41,640 nucleotides of DNA. Source: a bacterium (GTDB lineage: Bacteria; Hinthialibacterota; Hinthialibacteria; Hinthialibacterales; Hinthialibacteraceae). A program made the position numbers and the translations under genes. Below the pieces are notes generated by a model that did no database searches, was not told the DNA's origin, and saw only the letters and a list, made by a program, of their open reading frames with translations. This document shows positions 18,622 to 27,540 of this stretch, in pieces. The stretch covers positions 1 through 41,640 of the forward strand of contig CAXXSM010000068.1 in assembly GCA_963663405.2 (NCBI GenBank), given 5' to 3'. The stretch's first letter is position 1. Every line of letters begins with the position of its first letter.

Positions 18622-21567
18622 TTAATATAAGGCCCAGTGTTCCACGCTCAATTCCTCACTGACGCTGTTGAGACGGCCTGGGGTTCCCGTTGGAGCGGTT
18701 GAATCGCTGGACAGCCAATTTGACGCTTGGCTGTTATCCTCCATGCAGGAAACCAACTCCAACGAAGGGCCATCCCCATCCGGCTCAACAGGCCATGGCT
18801 CCTCATCATCATAGTCTACGAAATCGATGAGTATATAATTTCGATTGAAGATTCGAACCGCGTCCCCCCCATTGCCTAAATTGAAGGAAACAGGGCCGGT
18901 TACATTCGTGATTCTATGCCATTGGGCCGTCAGGCCAATATCCAGCGCCAACACAAAATAGCCATTGGCTTGGATCGTGGTTCCTTCAGGAACAGTAAAT
19001 GTATGTCCGTCACTGTCGCTGTAGATCCAACCGCTGAGATCGATGGGATACGGCTGATGATTGTACAACTCGATCCATTCGTTTTCATCATATGCGCTGT
19101 GATACATAATTTCATTAATGACAATCGAACGTTCGAGCGCCTCTGGGCTGTCCGTGATGAACAATTGGAGTTTGTCTGATTCTGGATAGCGGATCTCGCT
19201 TCCATCGCTCAAATGGATGATGAAATCGTACCGGATTCCGGCGCCATTGGATTGCGCGGGAATCGTACATGAAAAGAGCGAAGTTATTCCATCGGCGCCA
19301 GGCTCCATGATAAGGCTCAATGGTTCGTTGGCGTTAACAATGTACTCAAGGAGAACGCTTTCGACTTCCAACGTGGATAAAACATCCACTGAAAACGTGA
19401 TCTCTTCACCCGGCGCGGGGATAACCGGTTGGGTACGCGCGTTGGATATGAGCGATGTCAGGGAGAGCTGTGTGATTAAGTTGCCGCGGCGATCGGTGAT
19501 GAATTGTTTTAGGTTCTGCGCGTGTGTATCAAGGGATTGATACCCATCCACTTGGGATGACCAGATCATAGAATCCAGTTCCGCTTCATCGCGGATTTCC
19601 TCTGTCATTTTATCGATAATGGAAAAGAGAATCTGTTCGATGTACACCGTCTTAAGCAATTCTTCCACTCGTTCGTAATAGCCCGCGAGGTGGTTGGAAA
19701 TCGATAGGAATTGAGTAACCAGCGGCCAGGGGCCGTTGACGGTGGATTCCCCCTCTACATCCAATAAGATTGACGCATTAGTTTGCTCAAAAGCCCGGTT
19801 GAGGTTAGCGGGGATGAGTTCCCATACGCCGGATTGCATATTGTTGTATAGAAAATGATTATGCCAGACACGGTCGAAATCCGCGCAGAAGGTTCCCGCT
19901 GTTAAATAGGAGAGGAAAGCGTCATTGGAGAATGAACTTTCGAAAAATGATTCCAGTCCGGTTCCTTCTAGGCCGTTCAATGATTCGATAAACGAGATCA
20001 GTTCATCGTACCCGGCGTCTTTATTTGTGACGTTGTCGTATGTTTTTTGATAGCTACCAAGTGTGGCCAAGACACTTTCATCGCCACGGGTGTAGGGATA
20101 CGCGGTGGGATTCCCTTCCGACGCGAAGAGATCGGAATCCGGATCTTTGCCGATCCGTGTCAAGAAATCTTCTTCAATATCTTCCCGTTGAAGAAATGCG
20201 CCTTGTACGGATTCATTGACGTAAAGACGAACAGTTTGCGTCTGGATGGAAGGGACACCAATACGGCGGAAGATCTCCCATGCGGTCCGCTCGCACAAAC
20301 CGGCGTCACCCCGCTTTTCGGGCGCCTCTGGGTGGAACAACGCGTCCAGATTCAATTCATTGACGCCTGAGAATGTGTCTCCATCGTTGAATTCGACTTT
20401 CCAGCCCGGTTTGATCTGCCGCCGATCTTGCTGCGAACCAAGGAACCGGAGTTTCACGTCTTCATAGACCTGGCCCGATCCATCAATGAATGTTCCCCGT
20501 ACCGTGTCGTTATAATCATTATCGGATGGATCTAATTGGCTGTTGGTTTGAAGTTCTTCGAGTTCTGTTTCATCCAAGAGAATCTGATAGATGGGAACAT
20601 TTGCGCTAAGTTCCGTATCCTTTACATAGAACGCATACTGCTTGGGCCATTCCGATTGATCAGGCGCCACTTGTTCCTGCGCCATGAAATCGAGAGCGTG
20701 GATCCGGTAGCGCACTAATGCGCCCGCCGGGAAGTTGGGCAGCGCGGCCTCATAGGAATCATCCCCCGCCGTTCGATCGCCGCCGGTTCCACTATCGGTC
20801 AACTCAAGCGTCAACCATTCATTCTCCGCTACGGGAAGCGATGGTGGATCATCATCTGGAAAAAGACCTATTCCAATCCACGTTACCTTATATTCAGCCC
20901 ACACCCGGAACACACCCGTGTCGTCTAAAACTGTCGCGCGGATTGACACTTCTTCGTTCAATGCCGGCGTTTCCGGGCGATGGCGGGGATCGTCAATGGA
21001 TGGCGCTGGGTCGGTGGAAACAAGGGAGTTGGCCTTGCCAGGAGAACCCCAAGGCTGACCCACATCGGGTTCCGCGCTTGTGCGCCAATTGAACGCGTCG
21101 TCATTCTCCGCGCCGGCGTTGATCAATTCAAGCGACGGCCCATCCCCATCCGCCGCCACAGGCCAGGGAGCGGTGTCCATATAGGTCACTTCATCGACGA
21201 TCCGCCCCAAGTTGTCTTCTAAAATAAGAGTTTCCCCGCTATTGGACAGTTTGCCGATGTAATTCCCAACCACATTTTCAATACCATACAATTCTTTGAT
21301 CCGATCCGAGTCTTTGGCGACAACAAGATAGCCCTGTCCGGGAATCGTGGTTTGAGATGAAAATGTAAACGTGATCCCGCTGGTAAACGCGTAGTTGGAT
21401 AGACTCACATCTTCCGAAGATGTGTTGAATAACTCGATATATTCTTCTTCATCCAGATCCGATTCGGGATGATACATGATCTCATGAATCACGATGGCGC
21501 TGGAAGCGGAAAGAGACAGCGCGCCGAAGCCGATCAAGATGACTGCGAACCATAGCACTTTTTTCAT
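18622..21567 (-). CDS. Secreted lamin-tail-domain / CotH-family / lamin-tail-domain protein
   Basis: Signal peptide; two LTDs (IVIHEIMYH..EEYIELFN and IVINEIMYH..NEWIELYN, each with WP-..DGDGPSLEL and GS/TPG); central CotH-like region (KPGWKVEFN, CERTAWEIF, VRLYVN, HNHFLY); Ig-like linkers. Confidence 0.85.
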   Translation of the reverse strand: MKKVLWFAVILIGFGALSLSASSAIVIHEIMYHPESDLDEEEYIELFNTSSEDVSLSNYAFTSGITFTFSSQTTIPGQGYLVVAKDSDRIKELYGIENVVGNYIGKLSNSGETLILEDNLGRIVDEVTYMDTAPWPVAADGDGPSLELINAGAENDDAFNWRTSAEPDVGQPWGSPGKANSLVSTDPAPSIDDPRHRPETPALNEEVSIRATVLDDTGVFRVWAEYKVTWIGIGLFPDDDPPSLPVAENEWLTLELTDSGTGGDRTAGDDSYEAALPNFPAGALVRYRIHALDFMAQEQVAPDQSEWPKQYAFYVKDTELSANVPIYQILLDETELEELQTNSQLDPSDNDYNDTVRGTFIDGSGQVYEDVKLRFLGSQQDRRQIKPGWKVEFNDGDTFSGVNELNLDALFHPEAPEKRGDAGLCERTAWEIFRRIGVPSIQTQTVRLYVNESVQGAFLQREDIEEDFLTRIGKDPDSDLFASEGNPTAYPYTRGDESVLATLGSYQKTYDNVTNKDAGYDELISFIESLNGLEGTGLESFFESSFSNDAFLSYLTAGTFCADFDRVWHNHFLYNNMQSGVWELIPANLNRAFEQTNASILLDVEGESTVNGPWPLVTQFLSISNHLAGYYERVEELLKTVYIEQILFSIIDKMTEEIRDEAELDSMIWSSQVDGYQSLDTHAQNLKQFITDRRGNLITQLSLTSLISNARTQPVIPAPGEEITFSVDVLSTLEVESVLLEYIVNANEPLSLIMEPGADGITSLFSCTIPAQSNGAGIRYDFIIHLSDGSEIRYPESDKLQLFITDSPEALERSIVINEIMYHSAYDENEWIELYNHQPYPIDLSGWIYSDSDGHTFTVPEGTTIQANGYFVLALDIGLTAQWHRITNVTGPVSFNLGNGGDAVRIFNRNYILIDFVDYDDEEPWPVEPDGDGPSLELVSCMEDNSQASNWLSSDSTAPTGTPGRLNSVSEELSVEHWALY

Positions 21568-21638
21568 ACGTTTACATCCTTTTGTTAAGATTTTGTTAGA
21601 ACACTATACCCATAAGTAATAAGAGGGCGAAGTGTCTA

Positions 21639-21666
21639 TTGACGAGTCTGCGCCTCCGTTCATAAT
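21639..21666 (+). promoter_or_regulatory. Putative sigma70-type promoter for the SDR gene
   Basis: TTGACG-16 nt-CATAAT. Confidence 0.45.
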
Positions 21667-21695
21667 GAGCGGGATGATGAAAATGTATCGTAAAA

Positions 21696-22475
21696 ATGAA
21701 AAACGAACTCACAAGTAAAACGATTTTTATGGATGAATGTTGTCTCCAAGATCAAATTTGTGTCGTGACCGGTTCTTCTCGTGGAATCGGACGCGCTATC
21801 GCGGTTGCGTTCGCCCGTCACGGCGCGGATGTGGCGGTGAATTACTATAAAAATAAAAGCGCCGCGGAATCTACCGCGGAGGAAATCGCTTCGCTGGGCC
21901 GCCAAGTCATTCCCATCCAAGCGGACATCACCCGCCCGGATGACGCCCGCCGCTTGATTGAAACCGCCCATGAACATTTCGGACGCCTTGATATATTGGT
22001 CAATAATATTGGCCGGTTTGAAATGAAAACCATCGCTGAAACTTCGATAGAAGAGTGGCGCGGTCTGTTTGACATGAATCTGAACGCCGCGTTCTATTGT
22101 GCGAAATCCGCCCTGCCCATTATGCGCGCCCAACGGAAAGGGCATCTTATCTTTCTTGGGACCACCAAAGCCAACACCATCCGCTCTCACCATAACGCCG
22201 CCGCCTACGGCGCCGCGAAGACGGCGCTGACCGTTCTTGTAAAATCGTTGGCCCGGGAAGAAGGGCCCAACGGCATTCGGTCCAACATCATCAATCCCGG
22301 CATCATCGACACGGGCCATATCCCAGCCACCCAACAATCCTACGCGAACCAGATCGCGCTGAAAGAATTCGGCCGGGAGGAGGATATCGCCAACGCGGCT
22401 CTGTACCTGGCCTCTCCATTAGGACGATATTGCAATGGGGCGGCGATCGATGTGGATGGGGGGTTGTGGATTTGA
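21696..22475 (+). CDS. Short-chain dehydrogenase/reductase (FabG-like)
   Basis: VTGSSRGIG, DILVNN, YGAAK (YxxxK), INPGIIDT and VDGG. Confidence 0.93.
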   Translation: MKNELTSKTIFMDECCLQDQICVVTGSSRGIGRAIAVAFARHGADVAVNYYKNKSAAESTAEEIASLGRQVIPIQADITRPDDARRLIETAHEHFGRLDILVNNIGRFEMKTIAETSIEEWRGLFDMNLNAAFYCAKSALPIMRAQRKGHLIFLGTTKANTIRSHHNAAAYGAAKTALTVLVKSLAREEGPNGIRSNIINPGIIDTGHIPATQQSYANQIALKEFGREEDIANAALYLASPLGRYCNGAAIDVDGGLWI

Positions 22476-22502
22476 TTATTATGAATGCAAGAAAAAACCT
22501 TA

Positions 22503-22617
22503 ATCCCCTTCTAACCTCCCCCATTGCATTGGGGGAGGAATACCTCTTGGACCTGGGAGAGTTTGGGGAAAACCATAAATCTCCATCCCTAGCCTGGGAG
22601 AAGTAAGGAGAGGGTTG
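22503..22617. repeat. REP-like palindromic element between convergent genes
   Basis: Hairpin CCTCCCCCA-TTGCAT-TGGGGGAGG (22515-22538) inside C-rich/G-rich flanks (ATCCCCTTCTAA ... GGAGAGGGTT). Confidence 0.55.
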
Positions 22618-22794
22618 AAAAATATTTAGGTTGATAGTTAGCACAATCAATTATTATCTAGAATCTAGTGGATTGTCTTTAGTAATACGTCCAGTAGATA
22701 TGTTTTTAGAGGAAGGAGAAGTTTTTTTCGAAAGTTTTGTGGTTGGCGATCGCAGTATTTTTTTTATACGGGCTATGTAAATGACTTTTCCAGT

Positions 22795-23178
22795 TCAGTT
22801 TGCTTTATTTGTTGTTTGAAACTGTTTTAGCGTATCTTTGATGATGGAGATCGCTTTGTCTGGTAAAAAGGGTTTGATGATGAAATTATTGACTCCTTTT
22901 TTGATCGCTTCTTTGACATGATGCTCATCACCCAGTCCTGTCACCATTATGATGGGCGTTGTTTGATCCTTTTCCCTGATTTTCTCAACCGCTTCGATTC
23001 CGGTCATGTTCGGCATGTTCCAATCCATCAAAATCAATTGATACTCATTGGTGGAAATATAGGATAACGCTTCTTGTCCATCATTGGCTTGTTGAACGTT
23101 TTCCATACCGGCGCGTTTCAATACATTGATGATCATCCGGCGGGCCATAGCGGAATCATCGACAACTAACACTTTCAT
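22795..23178 (-). CDS. cheY: CheY-like single-domain response regulator
   Basis: From ATG 23178: MKVLVVDDS, LMDWNMPNMTG, IIMVT and FIIKPF; immediately downstream of cheX. Confidence 0.85.
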   Translation of the reverse strand: MKVLVVDDSAMARRMIINVLKRAGMENVQQANDGQEALSYISTNEYQLILMDWNMPNMTGIEAVEKIREKDQTTPIIMVTGLGDEHHVKEAIKKGVNNFIIKPFLPDKAISIIKDTLKQFQTTNKAN

Positions 23179-23197
23179 AACAATGCACCACCTTTCT

Positions 23198-23791
23198 TTA
23201 ATTCTCAGTTTCCCCTCTTTTAATCGTAACACGTAACAAGAAAACCCCCAACTCACTTGAGAATGGAACTTCGAGCCATGTCGCTTGTGATGGATAATCA
23301 ATGCTGAAACAAGTTCCCCGGACCATTGTTGGAACACTAAGTTCAATTTTTTGTTTCATTTCATTGGCGAGAATCGATTGCGCGCCGGCGGCGACCATGT
23401 TGACAAATTCACCAACCGCGTCCATCACCGTTGAATCGACGATAATCATATCTTCTTGGTAAACCCGGCTCACCATCGCTAGGGCCGTTTTTGTAGGGAA
23501 CGAGAGGGCGACCGTTCCTTGAATCGCTCCACTGAGAGAAATGAAGGCGACGATATCCAAATTGGGATGCAGATTCATACGCAGCGATAATTCTTCCCGC
23601 ATCACCGGACATTCCAAAATCGTTTCAAAAAGGTTGCTTACGCTGCTAATGAAAGGATTGATGAATTCAGCCTGTGGAACACTGCCGGTAGATTTTTCTG
23701 CTTTTTTTTTAAACAATTCCCGAAATTTGTTTTTTGAATACCTGTTTTTCTCTCCCTCGTTGATCGTGAATGTTTTGTTATCCAGTTTCAT
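23198..23791 (-). CDS. cheX: CheX chemotaxis phosphatase with a basic N-terminal extension
   Basis: EFINPFISS, ISLSGAIQGTVALSF, DAVGEFVNMVAAGA (ExxN), ELSVPTMVRG and VPFSSELG. Confidence 0.9.
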   Translation of the reverse strand: MKLDNKTFTINEGEKNRYSKNKFRELFKKKAEKSTGSVPQAEFINPFISSVSNLFETILECPVMREELSLRMNLHPNLDIVAFISLSGAIQGTVALSFPTKTALAMVSRVYQEDMIIVDSTVMDAVGEFVNMVAAGAQSILANEMKQKIELSVPTMVRGTCFSIDYPSQATWLEVPFSSELGVFLLRVTIKRGETEN

Positions 23792-24088
23792 GTAGTTCCT
23801 CAATCGAATGTAATGGTGAGTCGAATAATTAGCTCACTAACTTAATTTAAATATACACATATTGTATCGTCACATTACTGAAATGTAAAGTTATTTTATA
23901 AAAAAACCCCAATTTATTTATTATAAGTGATTATCATGTAAAACTGCTTCCATATCGGAATTGTCCAAAAGACTCTTTTATGAGAATGAAGCAAGCAAAA
24001 CACGCTCTTTATTATAATGACAAGTTGCAGAGCTGAATCAGCTTCAGTGGGACTGGATTTGTAAAATTAGCGCTTGAATAAATTGGGT

Positions 24089-25807
24089 TTAGCGCATTTC
24101 GACAGTTCCATCATCAAGACGCAGCCATGTTTTGAAATTGTGCTCGCCTTCTTGGAGTTCTACGATCCGGGCGCCGCGAGGCATATCGGGACGGCCATAA
24201 GGGGTGTAACCACTGGCCCGGCCGTAACCGAGACGGATTCCGTACCAATCGCCTTCGAAATCGTTGATATGATCGTGCCCAACATAGGCGGCCATCACAT
24301 CCCCCATCTCTACCATCGCGGCGAAGAAGCCCGAATTGACCTTGGGGCAGCAGACGGTTTCATGCTTCCGCCCCACTGCTTTTCCTGAATTCCATATATC
24401 ATTATATTCTACCAACGGGATGTGGAAAAACGCCAGCGCCGGGAGAGGGATTCCATTATTTTCTTTTGTTAAGCGTTTCGATGTTTCCCGGTACCAGTCA
24501 ATCTGGTTTGGATATATCCAATCGTAATTCTTTCGATTATCTTTTTCATACGCATTAGAATCAATGCAATATATAACGGCCATAATTTGATCGCCACTGG
24601 AGGAATACACCGGAAGGACATAGTTACTGACGCCCTTGATCCCGGTGGGGCCGCATCCACTAACCGCATAGGGGATGGAACGGGAGAGATGGCACAATTG
24701 CTGTCTAGACAAGGCGCCTTCATCGTCATGATTGCCGAACATATAGGCCCAGGGGATCTGGCGTTCGATCATGGGCTTGGCAAGTTCCTTTACAGCGTTC
24801 ACGGGATGATCGGTTGGGCCGCCGCCGATTGTATCGCCGGTCAGAACGACGAGTTCCGGTTTTTCGGCGTCTAAAATTTCCTGCATCAATTTTTGAGATT
24901 GATAATCTTTCTCATCCCCTTTATGCCAATGGATATCCGTAAACTGTACAATGCGAAAGCGTTTTTCATTGTTGAAACGAAGCATGGGAAATTGATCCTC
25001 AAAAATGGCGACGGTTTTATCGTAGGCCGAATCCAACTGCAAACCATCCACACCCAGTTCGAGCATCGCGTCTACATCCGCTATTCCTTTCGCAACCGGA
25101 TCGGTGGGGGGATCGTAATGTTGCAGATTGATCGAAACGACCACCTGCAATCCCAGCGCATGAAAGCCATCGACTTCTTTCTGATTGAAATCGGCGGCGT
25201 GATTGAAAGCGAAGTAGGTCTTGCCGGGATTTCCCACTCCACTTAGTTGTTCTTTGGCGGTTTCATATGGGACGCGGATACAAACGCGCCCCCCTTTTCC
25301 ATAGAAAAAATCGAGGAGGTTTGTGGGGCCAATAAATAATGCGGAATTCATTAAACCGTAGCGGTTCATGATCCGCTCTATGCTTTCCAAGTACTGTTTT
25401 TCCAACTCTTGGGGCGCGCCTTTCAAATCCGGCATCAGTCCAATGCGGCCTTGACAGCACTGGCAGAAATCATCAAAGGTTGGAACCAGATCGGGGGACG
25501 CGGCTTTGCGTAATTCGCTGAAGGTGATTTCATCGATATTGGCGTCATACCCGATTGTCCGCAGTAAGTTGCGGTCATGCAGCACAACAAGGCGTCCATC
25601 CCGTGTGATTCGAATATCCGTTTCGATATGGGTGTAGCCGCGTTTCAGGCTTTGTTCCAATGAAGCCACGCTGTTTTCCGGCGCGTCATCGGTGACAATA
25701 CCCCTATGAGAGACTAGGATGAAATCCGGATCCCAATCTCGCGCTCCCGTTGGTAGAACAATCATTTGGAATACTAAAAAAAGAGTTGTGGATGTGATAC
25801 ACCGCAT
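24089..25807 (-). CDS. Secreted glycerophosphodiester phosphodiesterase fused to a Dcr2/PAP-like metallophosphoesterase
   Basis: GDPD: SHRG, PENS, ETDIRITRDG, LHD and GVDG. C-terminal domain: QFTDIH, LTGD, FGNHD, FFHIP, VGHDHINDF and GARIV. Confidence 0.88.
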   Translation of the reverse strand: MRCITSTTLFLVFQMIVLPTGARDWDPDFILVSHRGIVTDDAPENSVASLEQSLKRGYTHIETDIRITRDGRLVVLHDRNLLRTIGYDANIDEITFSELRKAASPDLVPTFDDFCQCCQGRIGLMPDLKGAPQELEKQYLESIERIMNRYGLMNSALFIGPTNLLDFFYGKGGRVCIRVPYETAKEQLSGVGNPGKTYFAFNHAADFNQKEVDGFHALGLQVVVSINLQHYDPPTDPVAKGIADVDAMLELGVDGLQLDSAYDKTVAIFEDQFPMLRFNNEKRFRIVQFTDIHWHKGDEKDYQSQKLMQEILDAEKPELVVLTGDTIGGGPTDHPVNAVKELAKPMIERQIPWAYMFGNHDDEGALSRQQLCHLSRSIPYAVSGCGPTGIKGVSNYVLPVYSSSGDQIMAVIYCIDSNAYEKDNRKNYDWIYPNQIDWYRETSKRLTKENNGIPLPALAFFHIPLVEYNDIWNSGKAVGRKHETVCCPKVNSGFFAAMVEMGDVMAAYVGHDHINDFEGDWYGIRLGYGRASGYTPYGRPDMPRGARIVELQEGEHNFKTWLRLDDGTVEMR

Positions 25808-25842
25808 TTGTTTTTCCCCAATATTTTTAATATTTTTCCCGT

Positions 25843-27255
25843 TTATGAATCAATCCAATTTGTGTGGAAGATTCCTTCTTTGTCTGTGCGTTCGTAAGTG
25901 TGGGCGCCGAAATAGTCTCGTTGCGCCTGGATCAGATTGGCGGGGAGATTTTCGGACCGGTACGAATCGAAATAGGAGAGAGAGGCAGTCATCGCGGGTA
26001 CTGGAATACCGTATTGAACCGCTAGAGAGACCGTCCAGCGCCAAGCGTCTATCCGGGACAGGATATCATCGCGGAATCCTGGAGCCATTAATAAGTTTGG
26101 CAGATCCGGTTGATCCGCGTAGGCTTCGCGAATCCGGTCGAGAAAGACCGCGCGAATGATACAGCCGCCTTTCCAGATGCGCGCGATTTCTCCATAATTC
26201 AAACCGTAATCAAACTCATTCGACGCGGCGCGCAACAGGGCGAATCCTTGGGCGTACGAACAGATTTTTGACGCATAGAGCGCGGCGCGCACATTCTGAA
26301 CGAATTCCGTTTTGTCCGGACGGGAAGATCGTTCGGGCGTGGGGTAGAATTTCGCGGCTTGGACCCGTTCTTCCTTGATCGAGGAAAGGAGCCGCGCATC
26401 TACGGACGCTGTGATTGTGGGAACCGGCGCGCCGAGTTCGATCGCGGTCTGTGAGGTCCATTTCCCTGTTCCTTTTTGTCCTGAGCGGTCGAGAATCCGA
26501 TCGACGAGAACGGCTCCACTGCCTTGGTCATCGGGGAAATTCACAATTTTCGATGTAATCTCGATCAAGTACGATTCCAATTCGCCGGCGTTCCATACTT
26601 TGAAGATGTCAGCGATTTCCTCCGGGGAAAAACCCATCGCGTTGCGGAGGAGATCGTAGGTTTCCGCGATCAGCTGCATGTCACCATATTCGATTCCATT
26701 GTGACACATTTTGACAAAATGGCCGGCGCTGTTCGCGCCCATGAATTCGACGCAAGGGCCTGAATCGGTCTGCGCGGCGATTTTTTTGAGAATAGGTTCC
26801 AACACCGCATAGGCTTCCTTGTTTCCACCGGGCATGATGCTCGGTCCCCACAACGCGCCTTCCTCACCGCCGCTGATTCCCATGCCAAAATAATGAATCT
26901 TGGTATCAGCGAATAAGGCGCATCGCCGGTCTGTGTCGCGGAAAAATGAATTGCCTCCATCGATGAGAATGTCACCGTCATCCAAGAGCGGTTTGATTTC
27001 ATCGATCACGGCGTCGACCGCATTGCCCGCTTTCACCATGATTAATATCTTCCGGGGGCGTTCGAGCGCTTGGACGAAATCTTTTAATGTATACGCGGCG
27101 GTTACGTTTTTTCCAGACGCCCGGTTTTTCATGAACGCTTCGGTTTTTGATCCAGTGCGGTTATAGACGGCGATGGGGAAACCGTTGCGTTCAATGTTGA
27201 GCGCGATATTTTCTCCCATTACGGCGAGACCGATGACTCCAAATTGCTGGCCCAT
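25843..27255 (-). CDS. gndA: NADP-dependent 6-phosphogluconate dehydrogenase (decarboxylating)
   Basis: GLAVMG, YNRT, IDGGNS, SGGEEGA, HFVKMCHNGIEYGDMQ, QKGTGKWT and QAQRDYFGAHTY; AAGGAG RBS before ATG 27255. Confidence 0.97.
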   Translation of the reverse strand: MGQQFGVIGLAVMGENIALNIERNGFPIAVYNRTGSKTEAFMKNRASGKNVTAAYTLKDFVQALERPRKILIMVKAGNAVDAVIDEIKPLLDDGDILIDGGNSFFRDTDRRCALFADTKIHYFGMGISGGEEGALWGPSIMPGGNKEAYAVLEPILKKIAAQTDSGPCVEFMGANSAGHFVKMCHNGIEYGDMQLIAETYDLLRNAMGFSPEEIADIFKVWNAGELESYLIEITSKIVNFPDDQGSGAVLVDRILDRSGQKGTGKWTSQTAIELGAPVPTITASVDARLLSSIKEERVQAAKFYPTPERSSRPDKTEFVQNVRAALYASKICSYAQGFALLRAASNEFDYGLNYGEIARIWKGGCIIRAVFLDRIREAYADQPDLPNLLMAPGFRDDILSRIDAWRWTVSLAVQYGIPVPAMTASLSYFDSYRSENLPANLIQAQRDYFGAHTYERTDKEGIFHTNWIDS

Positions 27256-27330
27256 ATTCGTTGCTCCTTTGTTGGGTGGAAGGGAGGAAGGGGATGGACA
27301 ATTGAACAATGAATACAATTTTCTTACGTA

Positions 27331-27400
27331 ATGGTGGGCTACGCTTTGCTTTTAGCCCACCCTATTGCTGACGCGAGCGCCAGTATTTAACCCATCCTGC
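27331..27400. repeat. REP-like palindrome (GTAG-family-like) between gntK and gndA
   Basis: GGTGGGCTA (27333-27341) pairs with TAGCCCACC (27353-27361), followed by CTAT; a degenerate second arm TTAACCCATCCTGC. Confidence 0.6.
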
Positions 27401-27540
27401 TTTTGACCTTCAGACAATCCACCTATGCTTCACTATAATGAGTTATTATTTGTGTTTTGTTTAAATTGCTGATTGCTCTCACTAAATGATACTTGATAAG
27501 AGGAAAGAATATCCGCGATTTGTGCTTCATCAAGCGGTGT

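Noticed and set aside
21660-22337. 225-aa antisense ORF over the SDR gene, and 14007..14609 over bpsA
   Set aside because: Shadow ORFs with no recognisable motifs, overlapping well-supported genes.
23179-23346. N-terminal extension of CheY in the 183-aa ORF call
   Set aside because: It overlaps the cheX 3' end; the receiver domain starts cleanly at ATG 23178 after an AAAGGTGG RBS.
23970-24050. Imperfect direct repeat (CTCTTT.AT.A.AATGA..CAAG) and an AGCTGAATCAGCT palindrome
   Set aside because: Too short and degenerate in AT-rich DNA to distinguish from chance.
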